Source: Nemertoderma westbladi (taxonomy: Eukaryota; Animalia; Xenacoelomorpha). Taken from it: 64,000 nucleotides of DNA. The DNA lies in contig JAUCBJ010004415.1 of NCBI GenBank assembly GCA_032718475.1, forward strand, positions 1-64,000. Direction: 5' to 3'. The translations under genes were made by a program, and so were the position numbers. Under the pieces are notes generated by a model that was given only the letters and a program-made list of their open reading frames with translations, was not told the origin of the DNA and did no database searches. Each line of letters opens with the position of its first letter. The first letter of the stretch is position 1. Below are positions 1 through 12,949 of this stretch, piece by piece.

Positions 1-1105
1 GTCTACCGCTAGAGGGTGAAATGTCTGAAAGTTACCATCTTCTCCAACTTTGTTATTTATAATCCATTTAGACTGAACTTGGTAGGCATCTACTACAGCA
101 TAGGCTATATCTTTACTGAGTCGCACAGAGTTGTCTACATTACCCGCGTCTGCCGCTAGAGGGCGAAATGTATGAAAGTTAACATCTCCTCCAACTTTGT
201 TATTTACAATCCTTTTAGACTGAAACTTGGTAGACATCTACTATAGCATAGGCTATATCTTTGTGGAGTAGTAGAGTCGTCTACAGTTCCACAGTCAGCC
301 GCTAGAGGGGGAATTGTCTGATAGTGAAAACCTCATCCCATTTGGTTCTTTTTAATCATTTTGAGCTGAAACTTGGCAGGTATCTACTACATCATAGGCT
401 GTATCTTTACGGAGTTGCAGAGTCCTATACACTTCCCCAGTCTACCGCTAGAGGGTGAAATGTCTGAAAGTTAACATCTTCTCCAACTTTGTTATTTACT
501 AACGGTTTAGACTGAAACTTGGTAGGCATCTACTACAACATAGGCTGTACCTTTACGGATTCGCAGAGTTGTATACAGTCCCCCCATTTGACGCTAGAGG
601 GCGAAATATCTGATAGTGAACACCTCATCCCATTTGGTTCTTTTTAATCCTATTGAGCTGGAACTTGGCAGGAATCTACTACAGCATATTCTGTATCTTT
701 ACGGAGTCCTAGAGTCGTCTACAGTTCTTCAGTCTACCGCTAGAGGGTGAAATGTTTGAATATGAACATCTACACCAATTTTGTTATTTACAATCTGTTT
801 AAGCTGAAACTTGAAAGGCAGGCATTTTACTTCACCATAAACCCCATCTTTACCAAACTGCAGCGCCGTCTGCATTTCACCAGTCCGCAGGTAGAGGGTG
901 GATCTGAAAGTGATCATTTTCTGGAAATTTTGTTATTTACAATCTGCCTAAAGTTGAAACTTGACAGTTATCTCTTATGGGGGTGGTGTTTTATTTAATG
1001 ATGGTGTCTGTTCCGTATGCAGTTCTCAAATCTCCCACACATATTCATATATCATCTGCACGTGCACTAGAAAGCTGTGGCCCGAAGGGCCACAGGCTTT
1101 CTAGT
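1..1105 (+). mobile_element. 3' part of a non-autonomous Helitron/Helentron-like element with an internal ~146-bp tandem array
   Basis: About 6.5 diverged ~146-bp units (GTCTACCGCTAGAGGG.. starts near 1, 148, 294, 440, 586, 732, 880), then a GC-rich hairpin CTAGAAAGC-TGTGGCCC-gaa-GGGCCACA-g-GCTTTCTAG (1067-1104) ending in CTAG|T, which resembles a Helitron 3' end. Confidence 0.6.
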
Positions 1106-2207
1106 GTAAAAGAAATGTTGTTAATTAGGAAGCTCATACCGACCCTCAACACACAGTTCACTTCTATTCCACTTAAACTCTTGTACGCCCCCTTTCAGTC
1201 GCTATTTTTATCGGAAAATTTATTGGATGCCTTGTTTGCCCGTTGTAATAATTAGCTGTATTATTTGTGCATTGAGAATGGTTTTAGTAATAAAGTTTTG
1301 ATTTCCGCACATATTTATAGGTTTTCTGGTTCGCTGATTCGAACGACATTACTCTAAAAACTAGAACACCTAGTGGTACCACATTTTTTGTGCAACAAAA
1401 TTTTGGCGTGGCACATTTGAAATTTTGACATAGATTTGGAAAAACGTCAAAGATTTTATTTGTATTTTGTACTTGTATATTTTTATGTTTTTTTTTATCT
1501 TTCAAAGTATTTTTATATGTTTTCCGGTCAGCTGAATCGACTGAAAGTAATGGCCTACAGAGACCTGAAGACTTAGTGGTTTGTCATTTTGTAATAAAGT
1601 GACAAATAAATTTATTTTTTAATTTAAATTTTAAATTATTATTAATCATTATTAATTAAATAAATTGTATGCAACCCACGATATACGAAACCTATAAAAT
1701 CAAAACATGGTGTTATTTTCCGCATCTCGGATTCTCAGATTTATTTATTGGTTAGTCGTTGTTGTAGATTAATGCTGTAAGGATTTACTGGATTGTAAAT
1801 TTATTTTTGTGCAAATTTAATAAGATGCACCACGGCACTTAAGTTATCTTTTTTTCCTCATATGTTTTCATCATTTTATTGCTGAACGGCTGCTTCCCAA
1901 CATCCATTAAAGGATCAGTATAATAGTTAATAAGATGGTAGGTACCATACACTTTGAGAAGCGACCCCACCGGCTGTTATTTTGTACACTCCACGAACTT
2001 AAATTCAAAGGTTGAAGGCAGTCCAGCACCGTTTGACCATTGGAATGTCCCATTGCTATAATTTCTCCTTAGCAATAAAGAACGACAATTCCAGTTTTGG
2101 TTAATTGGACTTGTACAAAAAGGATATATAATAGAAAAGGTACAGTTATATGTTTTACAATTATATTTCGTATATTGCCATCCATATAAAACAATTAATC
2201 ATAAATT

Positions 2208-4040
2208 CTAAAAGATTGGTGACCCACACTCGCATTTGGAGAATTTAATTATAGGCCCAAAACTCTCTAGTGATTTACAGATGTGCAGATGTCCACACAG
2301 CTGCCAAGAATTATCACCTAATTTCTTCACCCTATTTTCATTTTGGTCCATTTCGCCATCGGATTTTCCAATGGCTATAATTTCTCCGAAGCAAACAATG
2401 ATTCCTATACCTTTACCAGGTGACGAATCAGCTTCAACCAGATTCCATACATTATTTAGAGGATCGTAGCACTCAATGCTACTCAGTAGGTCTGTTGGAA
2501 TATGATTATTGCAGCCACCTACCACGTAGATATGGTTGTTATAAACTGCGCACCCAAAGGAATACCGTCTGGTGTTCATCGCCGCCACTCTCTTAGTCCA
2601 TTTTTTGGTTTTCGGGTTGTACTTCTCGACCGAATTCAAAATTCTAGAATCATTGATACCACCAATAGCATAAAGACATCCACCCAGAACAGCCACTGAC
2701 AATCGTGATCGATGATACGTCATTGAAGTAACCGGTTTCCATCTGTTGGTGTTTGGGTTGTAACGTTCCACGGTCTTGAGGTGTCTTTGCCTATTTCCAT
2801 ATCCCCCAACCACATAGAGCAACCCGTCCATCACAGCAACACCATGGGCATAGCGGGATGTGCTCATTGGGACCATGGTATCCCATTGGTCGACTTCTGG
2901 ATCATAACGCTCACAGAATTTCTGTGCTATGCGCTCTGCATTTAATCCTCCAACCGCATACAAAAATCCATTGAGCACAGCGACTCCCACACAAAATCTG
3001 GGCCAATTCAATTGATCAACCAATTCCCAGTCATTAGTCTCTGGTTTATATTGCACTACCCACGTACTTCTGATTGAATTCTCATGGTAGTTTATAGACT
3101 GGCCGAAAGCATACAAACGTGCACAGGGCTGGGGACTCCGAGAATGGGTCCCAACCCAAGGGCTGGAGTTCAATGAGACATCCTTCCGGAATGTCTTGGC
3201 ATCTTCTACCAGTTGCAGACACTCATTGTCATTACAAATTAGAGGGTGGGTCTCCACAGTTCCCTCTAGGAATGTCAATCTTATTAGCGGCATACGAATG
3301 AGTTTGAGCAACTCTAGCAGTAATGGAAAAGGTTCCTCATTCTGCTCGGTATGGTGCCGAATCCATTCCGTACTGCAGTCAACCCATTTCATCACAGCAG
3401 TAAACAGCTCCTCCTCAGACCAAAGATACAGCTCATCACTTCTAATTATCTCCTTCAGCTTATTAACTGACAATGAAAGAAATTCGTCATTTCGTATAAC
3501 ATTATGGAAGTGGTGCATCATGTACTTTTTGGCATCACGCAAGAGGTCCTGACATAAAAAGATTTCCGCAATCGATAGGAAACCAATACAATTACTCGGG
3601 TCCAGGTTGTTCTTCAAGAACTCGCAGCACCTTTGCATCACCTTTTTCACTTGGAGCATAGACGCAGCAGCCAACAGTTTCTCCACATTTTCCTCATCTA
3701 CCGTTATGAATGATGTGTATGCAAAGTTGATTATCTGTTCCACAGCGTGTGCGTCTACTTTGCTGATTCTCACCTCAGCTTGATTGGTTTCTCTCCATTC
3801 ATGAGTGAACATGGCTTCGAAGTAGGGACTTAACCTCACCAAAATACATATGTGCGTGGTGATTCTCTGTTCTTCGACGATGAGTCGTATGTCACAGGGT
3901 TTGTTAACTATTTCAGCCCTAATTTTGGATAAGATCCTATCATACTCCATGGTGTTATTTTTCGGCTCAAAGTTTGTAGCCGTCGCCTCTTCGCCAACTT
4001 CCCACCCAGTGACACTGTTCCTGCAGCCAAGGCACCACAT
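2208..4040 (-). CDS. Intronless BTB-BACK-Kelch protein, divergent KLHL20/diablo-like (probable retrogene). Likely start at 3950 (ACCATGG).
   Basis: 610-aa ORF with BTB (H..IL...SPYFEAMF), BACK (LDPSNCIG..., EEELFTAVMKWV) and Kelch repeats (VAVLNGFLYAVGG, ERYDP...W, MNTRRYSFGCAVY). Confidence 0.88.
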   Translation of the reverse strand: MWCLGCRNSVTGWEVGEEATATNFEPKNNTMEYDRILSKIRAEIVNKPCDIRLIVEEQRITTHICILVRLSPYFEAMFTHEWRETNQAEVRISKVDAHAVEQIINFAYTSFITVDEENVEKLLAAASMLQVKKVMQRCCEFLKNNLDPSNCIGFLSIAEIFLCQDLLRDAKKYMMHHFHNVIRNDEFLSLSVNKLKEIIRSDELYLWSEEELFTAVMKWVDCSTEWIRHHTEQNEEPFPLLLELLKLIRMPLIRLTFLEGTVETHPLICNDNECLQLVEDAKTFRKDVSLNSSPWVGTHSRSPQPCARLYAFGQSINYHENSIRSTWVVQYKPETNDWELVDQLNWPRFCVGVAVLNGFLYAVGGLNAERIAQKFCERYDPEVDQWDTMVPMSTSRYAHGVAVMDGLLYVVGGYGNRQRHLKTVERYNPNTNRWKPVTSMTYHRSRLSVAVLGGCLYAIGGINDSRILNSVEKYNPKTKKWTKRVAAMNTRRYSFGCAVYNNHIYVVGGCNNHIPTDLLSSIECYDPLNNVWNLVEADSSPGKGIGIIVCFGEIIAIGKSDGEMDQNENRVKKLGDNSWQLCGHLHICKSLESFGPIIKFSKCECGSPIF

Positions 4041-4989
4041 TCAAATATGCCACTCGACCCCCTCTTACACTATAGAGTAAATGAAGATGAAATAGTGAAC
4101 ATTTTAAAATAGATAATAGATAACGTCTACCAGAAGGAAAAATTAATGTTCTAGAATAAAAAGAACACATAACAGTCATTCACACATTGAAAAATTGAAT
4201 AAAATTTGGGGCATAAATGGGCAAAAGTTCCATATAGCAGTGCATTTTTAAAAGATATGTCATTATTACTATGGTAATGTTGAAGAGTTTTAGAACAATT
4301 ACTGTATATACTATTCTAGAATATAAATATAATAATACAATTTAAGATCTAGAACATATAGATAATTTATTTTAATTTTAAAATAGCTAGCAATAATTAA
4401 AAAAAATTATTTTTAAATCAATTTAGCAATACATTTAAATTAAAATTGCAACTAAAATTTAATTGCATATATTTAACTATACACAGATATTAATTAAAGG
4501 GTACCGGTAAAATGAAAGAAAATTAAGGCGATGCATAAGTCAAGTCACAGACTGCTCGATAGTTCCTGGCGATTTAAAAATGATGAATAATAAAAATTTT
4601 AAAATACTCTTAAAAGTTGTCATATTATTATTACCTATTTACATTATTCAAAGCTCAAGAATTAAAATTACAATTAAAAAAATATTAATGTTTACTAAAA
4701 ATAGTGTTTTGGCAAAGGGTTAAAGTCACTAAAATTGAAAAAAAAAATATATCTGTTGAAATTCTGTAAAAAAATATCATGTTATTATAAATATGACCAA
4801 GTGAATATGAAGTAAAATGTAAAAAAAATACAATCCCGCAGAAGATTAACTATGGTGGAAAATGTAAAATTAATTAATAAATAAAAAATAAATGAATAAA
4901 ATATTACAGTTGTAAGTAGAATTACTGAAATAAAGTGACTTTAAGATGTCGTACAGGCCATCGCTGAAGGAGAAAGTGGTGAGACCTTG

Positions 4990-5882
4990 GTTCCGAGGTA
5001 GTGCCACAGAGTCTGTGTCTGATCTCCTTCAGGAATACCGCCGTTTCAGCCTTTCAGGACCGGGCCATACAAAGGTCTCAAAATCTACGGGGCAGAATAT
5101 ATAGCCTCGCTTTACCAACTCCTCATATTTACGGGATTTGGCAACTTCCATTGCCATGCGACCTCCACTGGATTGACTTGTAGCGATGGGGATGGGTGCG
5201 AGCAAATCCCACACTGTGGTGTCCCAAGTGAGCATGCGGCCACGGTTCCACAGAATAGTAGTTACCTCATCAACCCGCTTCCCATCACCTTGACAAAGTC
5301 CTGGCAGTTCCAGTTTGGTTGGAACTCCACAGCTGGCCAATGACTGCTTTATGACGTCATTGATCATCGAGTGTATGGGGTGTATGCCAGCACTTTGCTG
5401 ACACAATAAACTGTGTAATCCATCTGACTCAACTGGTTTACCACAGCGAGTGCAACTGTGGAGTACGGTAATCTTGCATCTGAGTCACATGGCAAAGGAG
5501 ATGCGAAACTGCTAGTTGTTGAGTTTCAACCCGAGGGACGCTGCTGGGACTGCACCGCATCGAGCCAACATCTAGCAACACTGCAGTTGATAAGAGTTCA
5601 TTCGCGCGACTTCAGATGATGTGGTCGATGAGTGGAGGTTCATCAAGTATGCATATATGGAAGGTAGCAACCACACACTCTGTAGGGTGGAGGTAGGGAC
5701 GGGTTCGCCTATGGTGACCAAAGAGTGCCATAGCTCCTGCACACCATGTTAGCTGTACGTGCCCTTGACTTGAACAGACACCCCACCTGATTGGCACTTG
5801 CAGCTGTGGAAGCCAAGAAGGCGGAAGGTGCGAGCTGCATGGCGCTGGTCAAGCCGAGACCCCCTACTCAGGTCGGGAGACA
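4990..5882 (-). mobile_element. Degenerate non-LTR retrotransposon 3' fragment (CRE/RLE-type)
   Basis: LPT*VGGLGLTSAMQLAPSAFLAS thumb motif and GDGKRVD..W.RGRMLTWDTTV restriction-like endonuclease region, with stops and frameshifts. Confidence 0.75.
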
Positions 5883-6799
5883 GGGGCAAAAATGTGTCGT
5901 TTTTGCACAATGCGCACAAATGGTTACTCTAAACCTTGAAAGTTCTTAAGAACTTTGACATTTTATAAACTAACATAAACTCACCCCATCTAGTGTTTAT
6001 TTTAAGTATAGAGCTTTGTCGATTGCTCTTAGAGAAAAACAGCTGCTTAGATTACGAAATTACCAGCTATTGGACAGTATCTCTCTTTGTCCCTTGCTTC
6101 TGCGTTATTTACCGTCCAATCAGTATACTTTTCACTGATAGACTGAATTACCGAATCCCTGGGTTACGGACGGATGGCATGGTTACTGATTCCTGATTGG
6201 AGTTCTAGCCGATTCCATGAATTCTATGACATTCGATGGTGATTCATCCCTAATTGCCTAGTTTAGGCAGGAATTCATTGCTGCATGCTGCAATTCCTTC
6301 AGTGAGTGGGTATACACTTCCTGAGACTTTCTGACTTTGCCCAGAAACATCAGCGGCCAGAGAGATCATAGAAGGCAAATCTATTTACTTTCCATTCAAT
6401 TCATACATTCATACTCCTTTCATACATTGCAACACATCCTGACTTTCTGAAGTCTGACTGCTGACATTGCATATGCCGTGCTAAACTGGCTTCGGCTGTG
6501 TTCATATTTTGTATGGGCTGTCAGACATTATAAGACATATAAATTAGCAGGTTAAACTGTTAAAGGTGTAAAAGCGTGAACAACGTGATCCCACTGAACA
6601 AACATAACCGGAGATTATTCACACATATAACAACCTACTATAGGCATCAGCTTACTAACCATAAGATGTTGCCAACACATAGTGAGAGAGGGATTAATTA
6701 GCGCAATAATTTTTATTGTCCGTTTAAATTACTCATGATGTCCTTTTTTTTACTTTTTATGTCCTCCAGAAATTTACCGTTAGGTTCCATGCTACCGAC

Positions 6800-7559
6800 C
6801 AAGCCACTAACCCTACAAGTTACTCACCTGAGTAAAGAACAGTTCCGGGATGCGGTGTGTCTCCGCTACGGTTGGTGTCCGAAGAATCTACCATCTCATT
6901 GTGCCTGTGGGGCGCGATTTTCTGCAACCCACGTCCTGTCATGCCCAACTGGAGGTTTCCCCTCCATCAGGCACAATGAGATACGTGATTTCGTCACCAA
7001 CTCGCTCACTGAGGTCGCCGACAACGTTGCTGTTGAGCCGATGCTCCAGCCATTATCCGGTGAAACTTTCACCCATCGTACCACCTCGACGGACCAGCAG
7101 GCGAGGCTGGATATGTCTGTGAGCGGCTTCTGGGGAAACCGATTCCAGCGGTCGTTCATCGACGTGTCCGTGTTTTACCCGCTGGCGGCGACGAACGCGG
7201 CTATGTCCCTAGACGCAGCGCACCTCCACCACGAGAATCGTAAGATTCTTAAGTATGAGGAGAGGATACGGGAGGTGGAACATTCTACTTTCGTCCCCCT
7301 CATATTCTCGGCCTTTGGCGGGATGGCGCCGACCACGCGACAGTTTGTTAAGCGCCTGGGACAGAAGCTCGCGGACAAACGCGAGGTCAGGTAGGCCTAC
7401 TTGGAAAGCGTCACGTGGATCCGGCCCAAGTTAAACTTCGCATTGCTTCAATCCTCCCTGCTCTGCCTTCGAGGTTGTAGGTCAGCCTCTAAACGGCCGG
7501 TTCATTGTCCAGTGTCCGATGCCTCCATTCGGTTGGACAATGCCAACACTGAGCCGTAG
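6800..7559 (+). mobile_element. CRE-like non-LTR retrotransposon 3' fragment (zinc knuckle plus RLE endonuclease)
   Basis: FRDAVCLRYGW, CACG..H..SC..GG..RHNEIRD and ARLD..GFW..FIDV motifs. 5'-truncated and disrupted at 7394. Confidence 0.8.
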
Positions 7560-7964
7560 TCTGTGGTCTGGTAGGACAGCGCAGTCGTACAGGCCTTCAA
7601 TAGCTGACCAGTACAACATAAACAACCAACTGTTTTGAATTTCCCCCTTACATCCGTATCACTGTACCTCATTGTATAAATCAGATTTGGGTGTAATAGT
7701 GCAATTTGAAGTATATACTATATAATATACACCATCTCCACACTTACCAGTATATAGAGCACTATTTTGCAGTATTGCTGTATTGTATGTACAGATTTAG
7801 GTATAAAGCAGGTATTTTAGGTATTTTAGTACCTGTACCGGCACCGGTACTGCTGTAGGCCTACTGTGTAGCCTACCATTTAAATACAGTAATGGTAGGC
7901 CTACCGGCTGACCGGTTGTGCTAATAAATTTTAAATAATTGATAGGTAAAGATAGGATAGGATA

Positions 7965-8515
7965 GGTAAAGTGACCGTTTATTGTTTTGGTTAGAAAGGC
8001 CCGCCTCTGTAACCTGCTCCTTTCCTTAATTTAGTAAAGTGACTGTTTATTGTTTTTGGTTAGAAAATCCCGCCTCAGTAACCAACTCCTTTCCTTCAAT
8101 TAGTTAAATGATCGTTTATTGTTTTGGTTAGACAATCCCGCCTCTGTCACCTGCTCCTTTCCCTGATTTAATAAAGTGACAATTTATTGTTTTGGTTAGA
8201 AAGGCCCGCCTCTGTAACCTGCTCCTTTCCTTCATTTTGTAATGTGACTGTTTATTGTTTTGGTTATAAAATCCCGCCTCTGTAACCTGCCCCTTTCCCT
8301 CAATTAGTTAAATGATCGTTTATTGTTTTGGTTAGAAAATCCCGCCTCTGTAACCTGCTCCTTTCCCTCAATTAGTTAATTGGTCGTTTATTGTTTTGGT
8401 TAGAAAATCCCGCCTCTGTAACCTGCTCCTTTCCTTCATTTGGTAAAGTGACTGTTTATTGTTTTGGTTAGAAAATCCGGCCTTAACCTGCTCCTTTCCA
8501 TCAATTGGTAATTGT
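7965..8515. repeat. 68-bp minisatellite
   Basis: Tandem GTGACCGTTTATTGTTTTGGTTAGAAAGGCCCGCCTCTGTAACCTGCTCCTTTCC.. units, about 8 copies. Confidence 0.9.
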
Positions 8516-9489
8516 TTTTGGCTATAAAATGAGTGTTTTGCTACGTCATGTGGTAATCGATTATCGACAACAACCACAAACTATTAAATTTAGAGTCTTT
8601 TACCACATGCGCATATGGAAATCTATCTCATAGTCTATAAATCATGGAATTTTCAATGTTTTGGCACAGGCATAGTGAAACCAACTGTCCGACAGACCAG
8701 AAATCAACAAATTATGAATGTTTTGGCATAGGCAACATGCCTATGCCAAAACATTCAAAATTTGTCAGACAGTCCAGAAATCAGCAGTCTGACAGTTTGA
8801 AGAAATACATACATAAAAAGTCATTAAAGGACAACAAAAGTCATTAAAGGGTCAATAAAAGTCATTATGCATAATTCGTAAAAAAAGGAGGACAAAAAAG
8901 TCAAATAAAAGGACATAAAAAATCACTGCCATTAATTAGTTAGGAAAGTGAACGATTAATCAACAAAAGGCGATAGCCAATAGCAAAACTGCAGCCCTGA
9001 TCACCCATTGGTTAGGGCATCAATAAGGCAACCCTCTCAATCTATAGTGGCTTAAACCGTATGTAATATCAATAAATTTTAACTCAGTCACATGCGTCCT
9101 TCAAACCCGAGAGATGGCTTTAGTTTTAATGGTTCTGTTGCTGTAATTACTGACGGTATTCTGTTTATTGTGTAAGCATCAGATTCATACTTGTGCCTTT
9201 TACTGGTCAATGTTCGTTACGTATGATATTTCTATTATACATGCAGGAAGAACAAAACGCTAGTTTCCAAGTCATGCCTGAGTTTTTTTTTTATTGATAG
9301 ATTGATTGATTGATTTATTACCCATAGAAACATATACATTATAATAAATGCACACATAATTATTGTAATATATATCAGTATATATATAAATATAATAGCA
9401 TACCAATATAATAGCAAACTAATAGCATTACTAGTGAACGGCTGCCCACGGAGGGTGGATGGATATTTCAGAGGAAGGGATGGGACAAG

Positions 9490-9630
9490 GATATAGTTAG
9501 ATTAGAATAGGGTTAGATAGGATTTGGGTTAGGATAGGTAGATAGAGTAGGACATGATATGATAGGGTAGGATAGAGTAAGATAGGATAGGGTATGATAG
9601 GAGGATAGAGTATAGGATAGGATAGTCTAG
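9490..9630. repeat. Degenerate (ATAGG)n purine-rich microsatellite
   Basis: Runs of GATAG/ATAGG pentamers, with a paralog at 24380-24530. Confidence 0.8.
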
Positions 9631-9886
9631 GATGTGTTAGAAGTGCCGAAAGAGTGAAAAGTTATGAGTAAAAAGCAAATACAGTCGACTGCGATTTTTT
9701 GGCATTATTTGTTATATTAATTAATTATTTATACATAAATTTATATTGTTATTTATTTGTGTTTTATGAATTTTAGTTATATTAGGTATTTTTTAGTACT
9801 ATAAACTGTATTTTTAAAGGTTTACTGGGGAATAATATCTTACTAGACATCTGACTAGTCAGTGATGTTGATGATGACTGCTTCGA

Positions 9887-10718
9887 AGCGTGACCCCGCG
9901 CCCGGGTAGATTTAATGAAGGTCCACTAAGAGTGAGCGTGACCCCGCGCCCGGGTAGTTTTAATAAAGCCCACAAGGAGTGAGCGTGACCCCGCGCCCGG
10001 TTAGATTTAATGAAGGCCCACAAGGAGTGAGCATGACTCCGCGCCTGGGTAGTTTTAATAAAGCCCACAAGGAGTGAGCGTGACCCCGCGCCCGGGTAGA
10101 TTTAATGAAGGCCCACAAGGTGTGAGCATGACTCCGCGCCTGGGTAGATTTAATGAAGGCCCACAAGGAGTGAGCGTGACCCCGCGCCCGGGTAGTTTTA
10201 ATAAAGCCCACAAGGAGTGAGCGTGACCCCGCGCCCGGGTAGATTTAATGAAGGCCCACAAGGTGTGAGCATGACTCCGCGCCTGGGTAGATTTAATTAA
10301 GGCCCACAAGGAGTGAGCGTGACCCCCCGCCCGGGTAGTTTTAATAAAGCCCACAAGGAGTGAGCGTAACCCCGCGCCCGGGTAGATTTAATGAAGGCCC
10401 ACAAGGAGTGAGCGTGACCCCGCGCCCGGGTAGTTTTAATAAAGGCCCACTAAGAGTGAGCGTGATCCCGTGCCTGGGTAGATTTAATGAAGGCACACAA
10501 GGAGTGAGCGTGACCCCGCGCCCTGGAAGATTTAATGAAGGCCCACAAGGAGTGAGCGTGACCCCGCGCCCGGGTAGTTTTAATAAAGGCCCACTAAGAG
10601 TGAGCATGACACCGCGCCCGGGTATATTTAATGAAGGCCCACAAGAAGTGAGCGTGACCCCGCGCCCGGGTAGTTTTAATAAAGGCCCGCTAAGAGTGAG
10701 CGTGACCCCACGCCCGGT
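9887..10718. repeat. 48-bp GC-rich minisatellite
   Basis: GTGAGCGTGACCCCGCGCCCGGGTAGATTTAATGAAGGCCCACAAGGA, about 17 copies. Confidence 0.95.
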
Positions 10719-11689
10719 AGGGTGTTTCAAAAAAACATTTTTTTCTTATTTCCATTGCTCAAGTGAATTTTCCCATTGCATTTCACCTCAAAACATTATT
10801 GTTATCGTTATTACTGTAGCCTACTACACTACGCACATTGAATAAATATTTTTTTTCTAGAACACATTTTTTTTTGTTCTAGAACAAACTTTTTTTTGTT
10901 CTAGAACACATTTTTAATTTTTGTCACTAGCTAGGTTTTTCAACTTATTTTTTATAAATGTTATAGAACAAGTGTTAGTTATCAATTTTGATAAATATTT
11001 TTGTTCTAGAACACATTTTTTTGTTCTAGAAGACATTTTTTTGTTCTAGAACATTTTTTGAAAAATTTATTGAACAATTTATATTGTAAATCAATAATAT
11101 TATATTGTACTTTAGCTGAATTTAAACGTTATTTGTTGAAATTAGCTATTAATAGCTGAGTGTTCTAGAACAAATAGTGTCAAAGGTGAAGATGATGCAG
11201 CACTCTGACAACCGTTCCACCGAATTATAACCACCTTTGGGAGATATATAGAGTTCGTAGAATTGGTGGCTGAAGACCTTCACGTTCTCATTCCGGATGG
11301 CGATCCGAGAACAGGATGGACTCAGATAGGTCGATGACGCTGTCGCCTAACTCCATTGGGGCTGAGCCCGAGTAAATTAATACAAATTAATAATATTAAT
11401 AAATAAAAACAGATTAAGTAAATAAAATTGTATATAAGTACAGTAGTAGCAGTACTGGTACTAGCTTGGTTTTAATTTCTGCAGTTCAGCAGTTTGTAGT
11501 TTGTATAATGATATTGATATTGATTTTTTATAATCAATTAATATTGAGTTAATTGTATTTTATTTATAAATCAAGCACGTTAAGTAAAAACCTTACCGGT
11601 AGGTATGCCAGTGCCAAAGTATGAAAAAACTAAAAAGCAACAAGACCTAGACGTTGCATGCAATCAGTGCTCAGCTGACAGCAGCCAGC

Positions 11690-12189
11690 TGATCGGTAGG
11701 TTTCGCCCCGCAACTGATGGCATTCTCAGGAGGCCAAGCCTGGAAATGTAGAGAGAGTTTCCCAAAGGGGGACGGAACAGGTAACGAAATGAAGATATGT
11801 CTGTATTGTAACTAACCACTGGGAAGCAGCCCCCGTTTAACTGCTTATTGATAACCGGCTTGCGTGATTGGATGTACTACATTTTCGAGCTTTTGCAAGA
11901 CTGGCCGCAATGGGTGTCTAGCAATTACTGTGAAATGTTTAAACAATTCACGCCAGTCAGTCAGCCAACGTGTATTGGGCTCGCCGCGGTGCGTCATGAT
12001 GTGGTTGTGCACAGTCTTACCCTGTTCGCTCCCATCATTGGCTGGGCCATCCTGGTGATGTCTAAGGCGTTCAAACAAGTGTTGGATGGTGTGTCCAACA
12101 TATTCCCCCTTACAAGAGGGACAAGAGAAAGAGTAAACGACGTACCGGTAAGGTTTAAAAAACGTGCTTGATTTATAAATAAAATACAA
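11690..12189 (-). mobile_element. Penelope-like element fragment (GIY-YIG endonuclease)
   Basis: ORF 11845-12189 with VVYSFSCPSCKGEYVGHT..LFERLRHH, a GIY-YIG signature with the CxxC typical of Penelope elements. Confidence 0.75.
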
Positions 12190-12949
12190 TCAACTCTTTA
12201 TTATTGGATTTTCAAGCTTCTACTTCAATTAATATTGATTATAGAATGGCTTTTGTTGACCTTTAATATCTCATGGACACAGTTTAATTTTCCTTTTATT
12301 ATTTGTTGTCTCAATATGTAGGCACTACTATGTATGGGTACCCACTTTTTAAACAAATTGTTTCATATGAAAATGGCTTTTATCATGAGGTTTTTTGTTC
12401 TAGAACAAGTATTTAACTTTCTGCCAGTACGATGGTAACTAGTAATTTTGATTTTGTGTTAGCTAGTACTTTTTATTAGCTAGTAAATGTAAGATATACC
12501 GGTAATTTAATTCTCAATTATATTTTTGCATGGATTAATTTATGAGTCATGGTGTAGCTAGTAATTATTCACTAGCTAGTTCTTTATACAAAATATAGGC
12601 AGATGTCAAAATAGAGTTTTTACTTATTTTACTTATTTTGGTCTATTTTACTTATTACTAGATTTATTTATCTTTTTATTAATTGCGAGAATATATTGAT
12701 GATATGGAAATTGTCTAAATAAAAGAGGAACTACAAAATTTATTTTGTAATTTTAAGTTCACTAGCTACCTTTAAAAACACTACCGGTAGCTACCATAAT
12801 AAAAAATAATAGCTAACCTCCCTCGGAAGGTGAAAAAATTTATGTTCTAGAACAAAAAGCCATCTTGATAATATCCATTAACATGGTCCAAAATATTATT
12901 TTGTAATTTTAAGATCACTAGTTACCTTTAAAAACACTAGCTACCTTAA

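Larger units (their letters stand above)
1724..10718. repeat. Local duplication, copy A
   Basis: Colinear near-identity with 15171-25901 starting at ATCTCGGATTCT. Same order of Kelch gene, CRE fragments, 68-bp array, ATAGG tract and 48-bp array. Confidence 0.92.

Noticed and set aside
9887-10718. CRISPR-like appearance of the 48-bp and 68-bp arrays
   Set aside because: No unique spacers, no cas genes, and a eukaryotic context.
9859-10845. Repetitive ORFs (LPGRGVTLT.. / VSVTPRPGRF..), also at 24743-25929
   Set aside because: By-products of a 48-bp (multiple of 3) minisatellite that is open on both strands.
11690-11750. Possible Penelope hammerhead ribozyme (CTGAGAA-TGCC..GGC-GAAAC, minus strand)
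   Set aside because: The core deviates from CUGANGA and stems I and III could not be formed convincingly. At best degenerate.
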